Shown: in pieces, positions 52,201 to 64,000 of the stretch
How the letters are laid out: each line of letters starts with the position of its first letter
Position numbering within the stretch: the first letter of the stretch is position 1
Assembly: GCA_000708835.1 (NCBI GenBank)
Contig: DF237364.1
Location: 17,460-81,459, forward strand
Origin: Klebsormidium nitens
Lineage: Eukaryota > Plantae > Klebsormidiophyceae
Length of the DNA stretch: 64,000 nt
Reading direction: 5' to 3'
The notes under the pieces: model-generated
Databases searched by the model: none
Told to the model about the DNA's origin: nothing
Seen by the model: the letters and a program-made list of their open reading frames with translations, nothing else
Made by a program: the position numbers and the translations under genes

Positions 52201-55200
52201 CTCTGTGGCCAAGGGAGGTTGGTCTGGAAGTCTGTTCAACGTGAACTTGTAGACGATGTGCTTGGACTCGCCTTGTTCAGGCCGCCAGGCGACGACCTGC
52301 GTCAAGGTAAATATATGTCTTATTGAGAAAACAGGAAAACCCCAATGCTTTCGAACTTACATGAGAGACAAGAGCCCCCGAAGTACACTGACCTTCCCGT
52401 GAAACATAGTCACAGCACAATCCCTCTTCGAAAAAGTCTCAAGGAAGAAATAAGCAAATTGCAAAAAGACACTTTATTTGCCGTCCCGTATGCTGCAAGA
52501 ACGCAGTTCTCCTAACCGGAAAGCTAGTCAGAATAGAAGAAAGGCACTGCACAGAGCATAAATGGCATCCGAACAGTCGGGCCTTCTTTCGATGCTGGAG
52601 AGTCTGATCCCGAAGGGCCGATGCCAGGTATAACTGGGATCGATGAAGGCATGATTTATTGTGGCTTTCACCTTGTAGATGCCGTCGTACGTGTAGACTT
52701 TCTTGGTGTAGCTCTCAACGTTCTTGTGCCCCCGGATGACGCGCACCGGCGTCCCCTTCTCGTAAGAGTGCTACACATGCAGATTGTCTGAAAAGCTTGT
52801 CAAGGATCATGTCTTTCAGTTGGTGCAAACGATCCGAATAGGACCGCAGAAGAAAGTCAGTGCTCCGTTCAATGGTCTAGAACCAATGGTCTAGAATAAG
52901 GTCGTATGCTATTCGCTCCAAGGTTTGGAATACTCGGACTTCTTGCCCATTGCCACGGGAGACTTACAAAGAGGGCCAAGTTTCCGGCCACCAGCTTCTG
53001 GTCACCAATCTGCTTGCGGTCACCCAAAAGATTGTTTGCTCCTTGCCCTGTGTAGACTAGGGTGTCACCATTGTCTTCATCATCCTCATAGTTGCCCGAT
53101 GCAACTATCGAGGTTGCTAGTGGCTTGCCGTCCTCCGTATCCTGCACAAACAATGTAAGTTAGACGTCAACATGAGAACGACCTATCACGACAAGCATTG
53201 TGGGGTGGGTTTGAACGGCTCAACAAGGTTTCAACTCTGCACTGGTTAGTTTTAAAAATGATCCTTGGTTGTCTCAATAATGAGAAGGCTTTGATATGGA
53301 TAGCTCTGACCAACTGACGACTAGTCTACTAGCTCCAGTGATTTTACATACGACTTCTTGTGCTTCCGAGACATGATCCATTCACCTACTTTCAACGAAG
53401 AGGCCCAGACAAGGATTGCTGCAGAGCACCGGATCAAGACATCCAATGACCGTCAGTTGGCTCGAGTTTGGCCAATGTATATATACCCTATCAGGCTCCT
53501 GGCCAACCTGGTTGACTGGTACCTTTGACCGATTATAGAAATTTTCGAACTTCACAGTTGGCTCGACCAAAGTAGGTGAAAAGACCCGGATAGTTGCAAC
53601 TTCACGAAAATTGGCCTTGTTCGGACTGAAAAATCGAGGATGTCACCCACCTTTGACGTTATGTAGCAGATGCCCGCTAACCAATGCTTGTGGAGGCCGA
53701 CAACATACATCTCCGCGCGTCCATAGAACATCATGCCGCAAGGAATACCTGGAAGCCACAGGTTCAGCTAAGAAAGTTGCGAAAAAGGATCTGGGCAATT
53801 AGGCACACGGTCTGAGCACGAAAAATCAGAAAATTTTTGGGTGCATCCCATGTCGCAAAGGTCTTCAGCAACCAACACAAAGATGGTGAGTCATTGATAT
53901 TTCGATCAGGGTGATGCTGACTCCATGGGGACATTGGTGCTAGCTGCTCTTAACATCTCAGATCACGCCTTCAGAGATAGTAGGATGTGCTCACCATTTA
54001 TGTGCCCAAGTTGTTGTTCAACATTGATGCACAACTTTCCATCCCTCATCTAAAAAACAAGTGGAAGACAAGTTGAGAGGGCGATACAAGGATGTAACCA
54101 ACTTCGAATTAAGCCTTGATAGGCATGACCTCGACTTGCATGAAGGTCGTCGGATGTAGAGGTGGAAACTTCAAGAGCTTGAAAGGTCGGAAAACTCAGA
54201 AGCCAAGCGAGCGGATCAGACAAGGGCAAAGTCACTTTCAAAAGTCAGATCGTTATTTTCGACCTACAATCATTATTGTCACTCTAACTTTGTCCAAATG
54301 AATAGGAAGGGAGGTCTACCATACGCAAGGGCGGTGTCTCAGCATTTCCACTTTAGGTGCTTCGACTAATCCTTTTACTAATCCTGCTTAGAGCCCATTG
54401 CCCCCCAGCCTACTTGTATTATTGGATATGTCAAATCTCCTCACCTGACTCTGTGCAACAAGGTCTGGCCGTTTGGAGGGCTTCTTCTCTTGCCCTTCTG
54501 TCTTGATGTTGGCAAGGCGCTTTCCAACGCGCATTTCCTCCGACTGCAATTTGATGAGTGGCCTTTAGCCAGTGAATGACATCGTCCACATAAATCAAGT
54601 ATGTACATGAGTACCCTTAAAGAAGCCAATGTTGCTTAGGATGAGGAACTTGTTGCAATTTCGTCAAACATTTACGTAGAGTGTTAGGCTTTTCAACCCG
54701 ACTCAAGCTAGGTTCGACATCATCAAGGCAAACATCGTGTTTATGATTGGAGAGAGAGAGAGTCAACACGACATGATTTAGATGATGTCGTGTTGACTCT
54801 ATTGACAAGCCTGCTAATGCATTTCTGTGGAGAGGGTTCAATCTGCACATATGCTTCATCCAGTCGACAAAGGATAAACCGTTAACTTTGAAAGCACCTG
54901 AAGAGTAAGGAGCACAGAAACTGATAACGATATTGTCAAAATAGGAGGATCTACACGCAACTGACAAAAGCAATCAATGATAGTGCTCCGAACTTCGGAT
55001 GGAGTTTCTTGTGTAGGAAAAATGGGCATTGACACTCCATCAACACAAGCACATCGGAAGAGGTCGCCTGGTAGAGTGATGAAACAAAGCCAACACATGG
55101 GAAGAAGTTGGATCTATAGCCTCCACAAAAAGCTCGTCATAATTCTGTCTACTGCCACAATTCCGATATGTTAAAAGTTCGATGGAAATGAAAACCGTTT

Positions 55201-56476
55201 GACCAAATGTACGTTAGGCAGGCAACTAACCATAGCTTCAATCAACGCTTAGTAAACCTGAACAGCCGCTGGAAAAACATTTTTACACCAAGCTTCCAAA
55301 GCAGGCGGATAAGGGGATTCGTCTTGAAGAAACACACAGATAAAGCTAAAACTTTTGGCTAGATTGTAGAAATCGAAAGAACCTGAGACCCTATTCTAAG
55401 CTGGCTATGGCCTTGCTAAGCAAGTCGCTTCATGCAAAGCAACACTCCGCCGAGATGCATCTACGCAAGGCTTAAAACATAGTCAGAAGATGCTCAAAAT
55501 TCAAGAGGTAGAAGCAGGCTTTTGAGATCCCTAATAACTTCCACATGTGTGAAGCCTGTCCCAAGATTTATTGACAAACGGGGCGGGGACCTTATATGAC
55601 TGATACTTTTCAATCATCGCTCACGGAGCAAGCATATGCGTAGGTAGAACTTTCAATTGTCCAATTGCATTTCAAAAATTGCTAAGTCAAGCAGTGTGCG
55701 CGCACCTTCACCGCGCCCAGATAGAGGTTGCCAAACTTCACAATACGTTGTTTCACCGTTGCAATGGCCTCTGCTTCGTCCATGCCTCGGGTGGAGACAT
55801 TTTTGCCAGTCGGTTCTGCTCTCTTCTTGCCTTTGAGCGCCCTTGCTTTTGAGCTTGGGGATCCGCTCGAAGCTCCGTTAGGAAGGCCTTCATGTGATAT
55901 TGGACCACTTCCACATGGAGACTCTGTAGCAGCGGCCTTTTGACTTTTTGAAGGTTTTGAAGCCGCGTTGGAAGGCGCGCGACGCTTTCCTGCAAGCTTG
56001 GTATCCTGCAACATATGTCCAATTCAAGGAGGCTGTTTAGATAGCTGGACGAGCAGGTATTTGCACCACAGAAGGGCAACATATCTCTTAGTTTGTGCAT
56101 TTGCCAAGTCCTTGAACTCTAGGTTGCTATGCCAGTGGGAAAAGTACTAGGAGAGCATCACACAGGTAGATACATTTAACCATCTTTTTGCCAATCAATG
56201 TGTCGACTTCACGTGGCAAGCTATGAAGGAACATTTGATCAGCTATCACGTCAACTCAACCCATTGGACACATTTGGTCAAATCGAAATCTTGAGTAGGT
56301 CTCTGTCTTTCGCTTGCCTTCAAAAGCTGCTCTTGTTGCTTCCAATTATGGCCAGCAGAAATTGCTGCACGTCGTTGCACCCTCTCTCGCCCTCCTTTTG
56401 TGTAGCTCCCAATGAGACTAGTGTCATTTGGGGCAACCTCAGCCAGAGTGCTCCCATTGTCCGCTTCAGCCGCCAT
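46212..56476 (-). CDS. SUVH4: SUVH4/KRYPTONITE-like histone H3K9 methyltransferase (SRA-YDG, pre-SET, SET, post-SET)
   Basis: Exons 56476-56318 (GC donor, less certain), 56005-55706, 54543-54445, 54049-53995, 53748-53651, 53141-52968, 52770-52672, 52296-52198, 51919-51861, 51257-51163, 50749-50590, 50051-49946, 49744-49683, 49044-48945, 48327-48274, 47620-47522, 46895-46818 and 46325-46212. Motifs KRPDL, SGNYEDD..YTGQG, YTYDGIY, GCDCKGGC, KGWG, RFINHSCDPN, ELSYDYGY and CHCGAISC..RLY. Confidence 0.93.
54600..55250 (+). mobile_element. Degenerate Ty1/copia-like gag relic in SUVH4 intron 2 (antisense to the host gene)
   Basis: Frameshifted fragments FDIIKANIV, DLDDVVLTLLTSL (copia gag DxDxVxxLLxSL-like) and SFLCRKNGH* (eroded CCHC zinc knuckle, about 55003-55030) occur in the expected order. 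Many stops. No LTRs found. Confidence 0.45.
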
Positions 56477-59249
56477 GCTCGACGATTCCTACAGGCCAGT
56501 CTACCTGCACATAGTCGTTTTTACGATTAGAGTTGGGCCATTTCGAGAGTACGCCAGGTGTCCGTCTGGAGCCCTTCGAATGTGATTGTCCAAGCCCGGC
56601 CTCCAGGGTCAAGATGGTCGAGCCCTTCGCCCCCTCCACTGTGAACCTACAATCGATTTACAATCGACTTTACTGCAAAGAAAGAATGCAGAAGATTCTG
56701 AGCTTGCAGTTGGCTAGGGCCAAGGCTCCCAATCGGCCACAGCTCCTGTTGCCGCGAGATATCAGACTCCTGGAACTTTGAGCAATCCCCTTCATCGAGC
56801 ACCAGGGAGTTCGCTTTAAGTTGAAGGTACCCTTAATCTGAAGATCTTCAAAAAGATAGGTGCGGGATCATAATTGCGTTAGGACTCTCAAAGAGCGAAT
56901 CAGATTTAGAAGCCATCTAGACCAGGGGGATCAAACACCCCCTGGGCAAAATTCTACAACCTGATCCATGTTCCAGTAGCCAACGGGTCCTTGCTCGAAA
57001 CCGGGCAAAGGTCGGATGAGACCTCCAAAGGGTTAGCTTATCCGGGAAAGCCGTTTATCAGGAGGAGGGGGCTAATAAGAGTTGGAACTTGCTTTAACAA
57101 GCAAGTTGGAGCAGAGCAGCCCCAAGGATCAAAATGGTGGTAATTGCGCAGTAGTGTTGCAATATATTCAACAGAGTTGATATCTAGACCAGTTGTTCCT
57201 CTTTGTGATGTGTATTCTCAGCTATCAATCCGTTTGACTCATCATGACATAAATCTCACCGCCGCTATTGGCCTTGTGAACCTCGTGCTTCAGGTTCTTT
57301 CTAGCACTCTTGGACGCATTGATGGAACTTCAATCGGCCTTGACAATTCTTCGGGTACCTGCATCCAGGAAAGTGTTCTTCAAGAAGTACCAAAACAGCA
57401 GGTACAAACACAATTTTCGAGTCAACTGGTTTCAGTGAATTTGCCTCACATCAACACCGTGACAACTGTTTGTTGAGGGTCGTCCTTTTATTCGATCAGA
57501 TACTGGTTGCTGGAGACATTGTTGAATTATCCAGCGTAAATGCAAATCTGTCTCGGACAACACCTCAATGTTAGGAAGCTAGGTGAAATCCTTCTTCTGT
57601 CAAGGATTGTCAATGCGCGCAAGTTCTGTACAGGAGAAAAACCATCCACTCAAAGAAAAGCTTTAGTGTAGACTTCACTGACACTGGCTACTGCCAATGT
57701 GGCCCTTGTGGACAACGTCATAGATTCCAACTTCATAGGTACCCAATCAGCAGGAGACAGACGATTCTTAGACTCCACTTGATATAGGGTCTTGCACGTC
57801 TACGTTTTTCAGTGTCAGGTCCCGTTACACAGACTCTTTGTTCTCTGGTCATCAGTACGCTGATTGTTCTCCCGTTCGTTGGTGTTGTGTTTAACTTCCT
57901 CCAAAACACTTGATCTAAGCACTAAAAGTGAAGCTGCTCAAGCTTCACCCTAACCATCCAGTGCCTTGAGTGCCAAGTACAGGTGTACCTGTTTGAAGAG
58001 CATCTTTGACTTTATTTTCCTTTAGGATCTTGTTCTTGAATCAAGCAAGCCAAGCAGGTGCGCCTTGATTCCTGTGACAGGATTTCCTTGGATTGAGCCT
58101 GATGTTGCAATGTTGACCACCATTGGCACAGTGGGTACATTGGGGGCCGCTAGAGCAGAAATTCTGTTTTGGCAAGTGAAATGCATGTGCGGTGATTTTA
58201 GAAGAGAGGAAGGAGGTGGTAAGTGAAAGGGAGAAACTAGGTAAAACAGAACTCCCAAAATGAGAGTATGGCCGGGACGGCAACCCAGCAATGTGAGAAT
58301 CCCCCACAGTACTCTAGCAACTGTGATCTCTGAGTGCGGGCAGTCAGTATCACCACGGATGCAGAGGACCTTGAGCTGGCTGTGTCTTCTGATTGACGCA
58401 AGACAAGGCATCGCAGACCGAGGATGCAGGGAACACTGGCTTTAGCATACCAATCACCAGTATCAGTAGCCAGACAATGCAGGCTTCCAAAACAAGCAGT
58501 CAGAAGAGTGTAGAAGACGAAAATGGAAATGAAAAGAGGCAAAATTGCTGACCTCCTGAGTTGGTGATTGTGCGTAGAACGTCGGGCCCCCTTGTATAAT
58601 TGTCCTGTTCCTGTCAGTCCTACAGTGAACGGCAGGCACCTTGTCTGTTCCAGGATATCACTCAGCATCAAGAGGACTGGCAGCCCACCGGCGATCCTTT
58701 TTAGTAATCCAACTACTTGGCACCACTGACTTCACTGGCAGTGGAGCGGGAGTGGAGCTTGGTGCCACTCACACTGTCAACAGCTCTGTCAACCTGGTGA
58801 ACACTAGCAGATGTGGCAGGGATCCTACATTCGGCTCCTTAGCCACAGGGCCCTCTTTCACAGACAAGCAATGCAACAAGCTGAACAGGACAGAGCGCTC
58901 TTTTCCTGCCACAGCCCGTCTGGGTTTTGACTCTGAACACTCGTATTGAAAAGGCGGGAAAGGGATTACAATTTACAGGGCTAAACCTGACCAACTCGAA
59001 AGAGGAATGAAACAGTCTACGTCGGAAAACGGGTTTACTGTTTGACCAAGCCTCATGCAGCTTCGATGCTGAAGTCTTGGTTTTGCTATCTTTCTCATTT
59101 TCACTATCTCAAACTTCAAGTTCGAAGAGCAAAAGGAAAGTTGAACACGCGTCCAAGCCGGGGCTCGAGCATCAGGACGTCACAACAGTCTGCGAATATG
59201 GCGTAAGGACTCAGCTAAGAATTCCTTCTGGTGATTCGATTCGTAAGGC

Positions 59250-62200
59250 ATGGCCGCCACCTCGCTATCCTTTCGCATGTGCGAACCAGCCCTTGGTATC
59301 AGCAATTCAATTCATTTTGGAGAGCACCGGCGAAAGTGCTCCAATCTAGGATCAGTACCTCCCGTGGCGCACCACCAAAGGGAATGCTGTTTGCGACAAG
59401 ATATCGTAAATGCGCAACTTTTTAGAGGGGAAAGGAAAGCAAGAAGCAGAAACTTGGGTGTTCCTGGTCACAGAAACTTCTTTCAACGCGCACTTATCAG
59501 ACCACCACCAAGCAGAAGAATAGGAGATGGGCACCCAAAGCGAGCGTTGGACCGGCGAAAGTCGATTCGCGTTCAGGCCACAGACGATGGTGCTGGGGAA
59601 GTAGAAGAGACATCAGATGACAAAAAGTGGTGGAATCCGTTCAGTTTGTTTCGGGGAAAGGAGTCACCAGCATCTTCACACGACAGCAGCTTAGACCTCG
59701 ATGGGGAGTTGCCCGCCCCCAGCACCGAAACGCCAAAAGATGCTACGCGCAGCTATCAGCCTCTTGGCACAAGAAACGGACAAGGTGCGGGTGCAAAGAA
59801 CAATACAAAGGTGGGAGATTGTAGGCAGCTCATCAGTTTTTGGAGGAGCCTGAGTTTGATGGATAAAGAAATAAAATGTCTTGAGAGGCAGTCTGTAGAG
59901 TCTGCCATTGCTTGCTGCAGAACTGCTGATGTTTTTTATGCCCTCTTCTATGGACACCTCGTTTCCGTTCTAGTTCCAGCCGTCTGCTGATGAGGTGGTG
60001 GTGCATTTTAACGACCATTCTTGGTCAAGATGTTGAAAGGTGTTGAGCGTTCCTTGCAACAACACCAGCTGCCGCTAACGCCACCACCTTCTGCTGTGTG
60101 CTTATCAGGGCCCTCCGATGCCCCAGAAACGCATTCGGGACATGAAAGTGATTGAGAAGGACGGACGCAAAATTGTGATGATTGGCAAAGTGGGGACCAG
60201 TCAGAACCCGCTGAGGTCACCTCGGCGACAAGACGGCAGTCGGGAAAGCGCCCCAGAAGAAAGTGAAGAAGAAAAGGATGTGGCAGCCAACCAGGAAGCT
60301 GGAGGAGAAGCTTTCCAAGATGAGACGGTGCCTGTTCCGGATACGGCACCGGCACCGTCCCCAACCTTAGGAGAGGTGAGAGAGTTTCTGTAGCTTCTGT
60401 ACAATTGATGCTCTTCGTGGGGGACTCCAAACATAATCTGCTGTAGACAAAAGGGACCGCATGAGGCAATCACATCTTGTTTGAAGAAACTCAAAGACCA
60501 ATGGTTGCACAGACTCGCACAGACATGTGGGTTGCGAGCTCTTCGGATGTTGACCACTTGCCCAAGTCAGCAACATCAACTAGTCTACAAGTCAGGTGAC
60601 AGCTTGAAATTGATGAATTGATGGAATAGTTTCTAAAAGGCTTTGAGAACATTTGAACGGGACAGGTGTTCATTGCAAAATTCCGGTGTGCTCGAATCCA
60701 CAATCGACCCGGATGCTTGACTCACCAGGCCTGTCGGACCATTCATGATTCAACTGCAGTTGGAAGAATCAAGCTTGCGTGATAGGTCAATTGTACAGAG
60801 GTTTGTCATCTACTTCCCACAGGATGCCCAGACTCCGAATTTCGCCCCGTTAAGAATTGCTGACGCCTCAATGTAATCGCCTCCGCAGGCAGAGGGCCTT
60901 TTTGCTCGACTTCGCGCCACCCCCAAAGACCTCGCCACTGCTCAGGCCAAGTACGACCAACTCGTCCAAGACCCTCTGGTGGGACTAGAGCTCGTGCGCT
61001 CCGCTCGCCGCTACCTCCTTAGTCTGCAGCGGCGATCCCGCCCTTACGGCTGGCTCTACGCCCCACTTGCAATGGCGCCCATGGGGGCCCTGTACCCGGT
61101 TGCCGTTACTCTAGCTTTACAGGTGAGTCTTGTGACGTCGGTTGGTGGCTTCGATCTTTTTGAGGGCTGGGACCTGCTGGGTGCCTTCTGTCTGGCTTGT
61201 AAGGAGTGGGCCAAACCTTGCTTCAACGTTTCTCGGAGTGTTGATTTTGAGATCCAGACCTGGTTGCGTAGTTGTGGCCACGTGGGTTAGGAGCTATGAA
61301 CTGCCAGCTTCTTTGCCCGGGGAACTCTTGGGTGGTTGACGGTTGTGCTACGGTTGTTCTACGGATGCAGGAAAACCGAAGTAGCACATCATGCCCAATG
61401 TGACTCTCATTTACACACAATCAAAGAAGACTGCGTTCTCTCGAAGTATTGGATCCGTGCTGGAATCGAGTCTGCGTCTTTGCCTGCTCCCACCTGAATG
61501 TTGATTCTATCTTATATCTTTTTGCGTTGATCTCCCAGGCAATGGTTACCGCTTATCCGGTGGGGTTAGCGGCGCTTCTGGCGCTAGACGTGGGCGTGGT
61601 GGTGCTGCTGGACGCCGTGATCACGCTGATGGGAAAGGGGGCGCCGCACCTTTGGCTGCCAGGTCAGCGGAGTACTGTGCTTGTACAAAGGAAGGTCTGA
61701 ACAAGCTTCTGTCCGCAAATTGTCTGATAATTTTCCTGCCGATGATTCGAAAGAGGTGGATTCCACCTGGTGTGCTGTCGACTGAAGATTAGAGACCTTC
61801 TGATCCCGTTGGACGAGGCGAGACAAGATGAGGCATAGTAACGATATGGCAGAATAGCATGTATTTCAACAGCGGAGTCGGAAGCATTTGGGGTCATCCA
61901 TCCGTAAGACGGTCGCCCTTTCTGAATTGGTGATGCCCAGAGGGCAACATCAAAAGAAAGGCTCGCAGTGTGCTCGAAATTCGCAACTGAAGTCTAGATT
62001 AACAAGTTTTCACGGCTAAGTGTTTTGGTGCCGGTGCAGAAGCTTTGGCTAGAACAGGGACGTTGAGGCACTTTCTTTTAAAAACGTTTCCAAGAGAGAT
62101 TGGAGGCGCTTGGGATTCCGGACTAATGCTGTGCTTTTCTCCTGGGTCCGCCGAACCGGCTATTGAATAGCTGGTCGTCATTTGGATCAACCCCAGCTTT

Positions 62201-63104
62201 GGTCGAAGTACAAGCCGCGCCATAGGCACGGCCCTGCTTTTCTTCAATCAGCTTGTCAATGACCTTCTCGATCACCTCAACCTCACACTCTGCCCGCCCT
62301 TCTCTCTCAGGCGGGGAGTCTCCCTGGACTAAACCCTGGCTCTCCGACGGTCATCCTGCGGGCTTCCAGCTGTGGGTTAGGCTAACCCTGGTGGTCGGAT
62401 TTATGCTACCAAGCATTGCACTCGGTGCCAGCTACCTGATCGGGGCGGCCAACTGGGGCCTCGCGCTCCTACTACCTTACCTCTTCGTGCTAGCGCTGCA
62501 AACAGGTAGGTGAAATCCCAAGTATAAAACCAACCCAGCCAAACCGCCTTTACTCGTCGGATTTGAGGTTGCTCTTGTACTAGAGGGCTTGCTTGGTGAC
62601 TTCTTGCCCTCAATGAAATCCATGCGGATCCGTCAGAAGCTCAACCGTGCGATACTATCTTATGCAGCAGAAGATACCCGAGTTCCATCTGATGCCCCTC
62701 ATAGCTTGGATGGCGTCTGGTGGGTTGGAATTGTCTGGCCTTGATGACTCCGCTTGTAATTGATCGTGTCAAAGCCCGCAGCGGTCCCTCCATAGTGTAG
62801 CCTCCGATCTGACACGTTTCCTTCCCCTGCAGTTTTCGAGCAGTCGCTTCTCACACGCAAGTCCGCCCTGTGGCCCCTAGTCGTTCTTCTCTTTACGCTG
62901 TACCGAAACGTCCAGATCGGCCGAGCAAGGGACATGGTGACTGAGCTAGCCCCCTTCGTAGCTAGCCAGGCTCCAAAGTTTCTCGTAGCAGTGGTAGAGG
63001 TCCTGTCTGTGCTGTGGACTTTCAACACGGCTGTCGTGATCACGCAGCTACCGTGGTATTACCTGCGGTGGGGGCAGTCCTCCGAGAACGGAGAGCCTAC
63101 ATGA
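59250..63104 (+). CDS. Putative plastid multi-pass membrane protein of unknown function (~550 aa)
   Basis: Exons 59250-59810, 60109-60375, 60889-61122, 61539-61662, 62311-62505 and 62833-63104, in phase. Transit-peptide-like N-terminus (IRVQA), an acidic linker, then several hydrophobic helices with FEQ..RKSALWPLV..F..YR..QIGRA. Confidence 0.8.
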
Positions 63105-64000
63105 TAGTAAGCCTCTTCAAGGACTTGGAAGACGCACGCGCTCACTTATGTGAAGACAGGCTGGAAGGACTTTAAGACACGAAATGCTGGCTGGTCGTCC
63201 TTACATCGGTTCCTATGCAGGTACCATGATAAAAGAGCTTCAGCTGCCCTCTGAGGCACGGACTGTACAGCACACCTTGACATGGATTGAAGATACACGT
63301 AATTCTCAGTCCGTTCCAGGCACAATCGAGTGTCAACCGTCAGCATCGCACGGTCCTTGACTCGGAGGCTACTGGCCCGCGCTACTGAGTTCTGTGTTGC
63401 ATGGACCGTTCAGTGCTGAGTTGCATCATATGAGCGCTTAGAAAGACACTGGCATTCATGTTTACGTCCATGCACCAATTCACTTGTTGACAATCAGCTT
63501 TGCTCGATGAGGCAAAATTGTTCTTCGTTGTTAGCGGGCGGACTCGAGGTTCGAGCCTCAGGGCTAGGCTCAGCTCGTTAATTGCGGCGCGGCTGCATGT
63601 CATGCTTCATGCATTGAAGACGTACGTGCCCTCGGATGCTTAAACGTCGGAACTATCCATCTGCGGAACATGCATCCCGGATCATATATGGTACGTCCGA
63701 TCGACTGGTAGTCATGACCGAGGTCGTAAGAAAACCGGGGCCGCGTCAGCTTATAGCACGCTATCATTAGCATTGCGCCAGATCGAATATAACTGTGAGT
63801 ACCAAGAGCGCACCCGCTCTACAATACACCCACGGGCTAACACCCATATAAACATTTGCTCGCAGCTGAAGAGGCGCTGGGATTTTGGCTAAGTCAGAAT
63901 TAGCTTTCCGATAACTTCTCATCCAAGTTATGAGCTTCGAGTTTGGATTCCGCCCAATTTATAGTCCAGGAATCTTTAAGTTCGATAATTCAGTAATTCC

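Noticed and set aside
53660-53690. SUVH4 HWLAGICY instead of HWLNGIDY as a sign of lost 5mC binding
   Set aside because: The SGxYEDD...YTGQG pocket residues are intact, so there is no basis to claim loss of function.
60823-60875. Candidate extra exon in the membrane-protein gene
   Set aside because: It hits an in-frame stop. The acceptor at 60888 keeps the frame without it.
63880-64000. AT-rich end of the window with TTCCG/TTCGA motifs resembling MITE subterminal DNA
   Set aside because: No TIR match is visible within the window.

Overview
Eukaryotic nuclear DNA with many introns. Gene content and GT-AG architecture point to a streptophyte green alga (Klebsormidium-like; inferred, not verified). 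There are no prokaryotic features. From about 14.5 kb to the end lie eight genes in strictly alternating orientation: BTB-domain protein (-), conserved plastid membrane protein (+), tubulin-tyrosine-ligase-like enzyme (-), PP4 catalytic subunit (+), GINS subunit PSF1 (-), IPP isomerase (+), SUVH4/KYP-like H3K9 methyltransferase (-) and a putative plastid membrane protein (+). The seven spliced genes were modelled by hand with consistent phases. The first ~14 kb is a decaying cluster of intronless F-box-like genes, with one near-intact copy split by a single frameshift and two segmental duplications. A TA-flanked MITE lies between PP4 and PSF1, and a copia-like relic lies in a SUVH4 intron. The most unusual signal is a set of 'exon-edge echoes': introns carry decayed tandem copies of the neighbouring exon edge together with its splice site. 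This is clearest around PSF1 exon 5 (six acceptor-edge copies upstream, five donor-edge copies downstream) and recurs in PP4, IDI, TTLL, SUVH4 and the plastid gene. It is accompanied by sharp exon-to-exon differences in GC3. All alignments and counts were done by eye.
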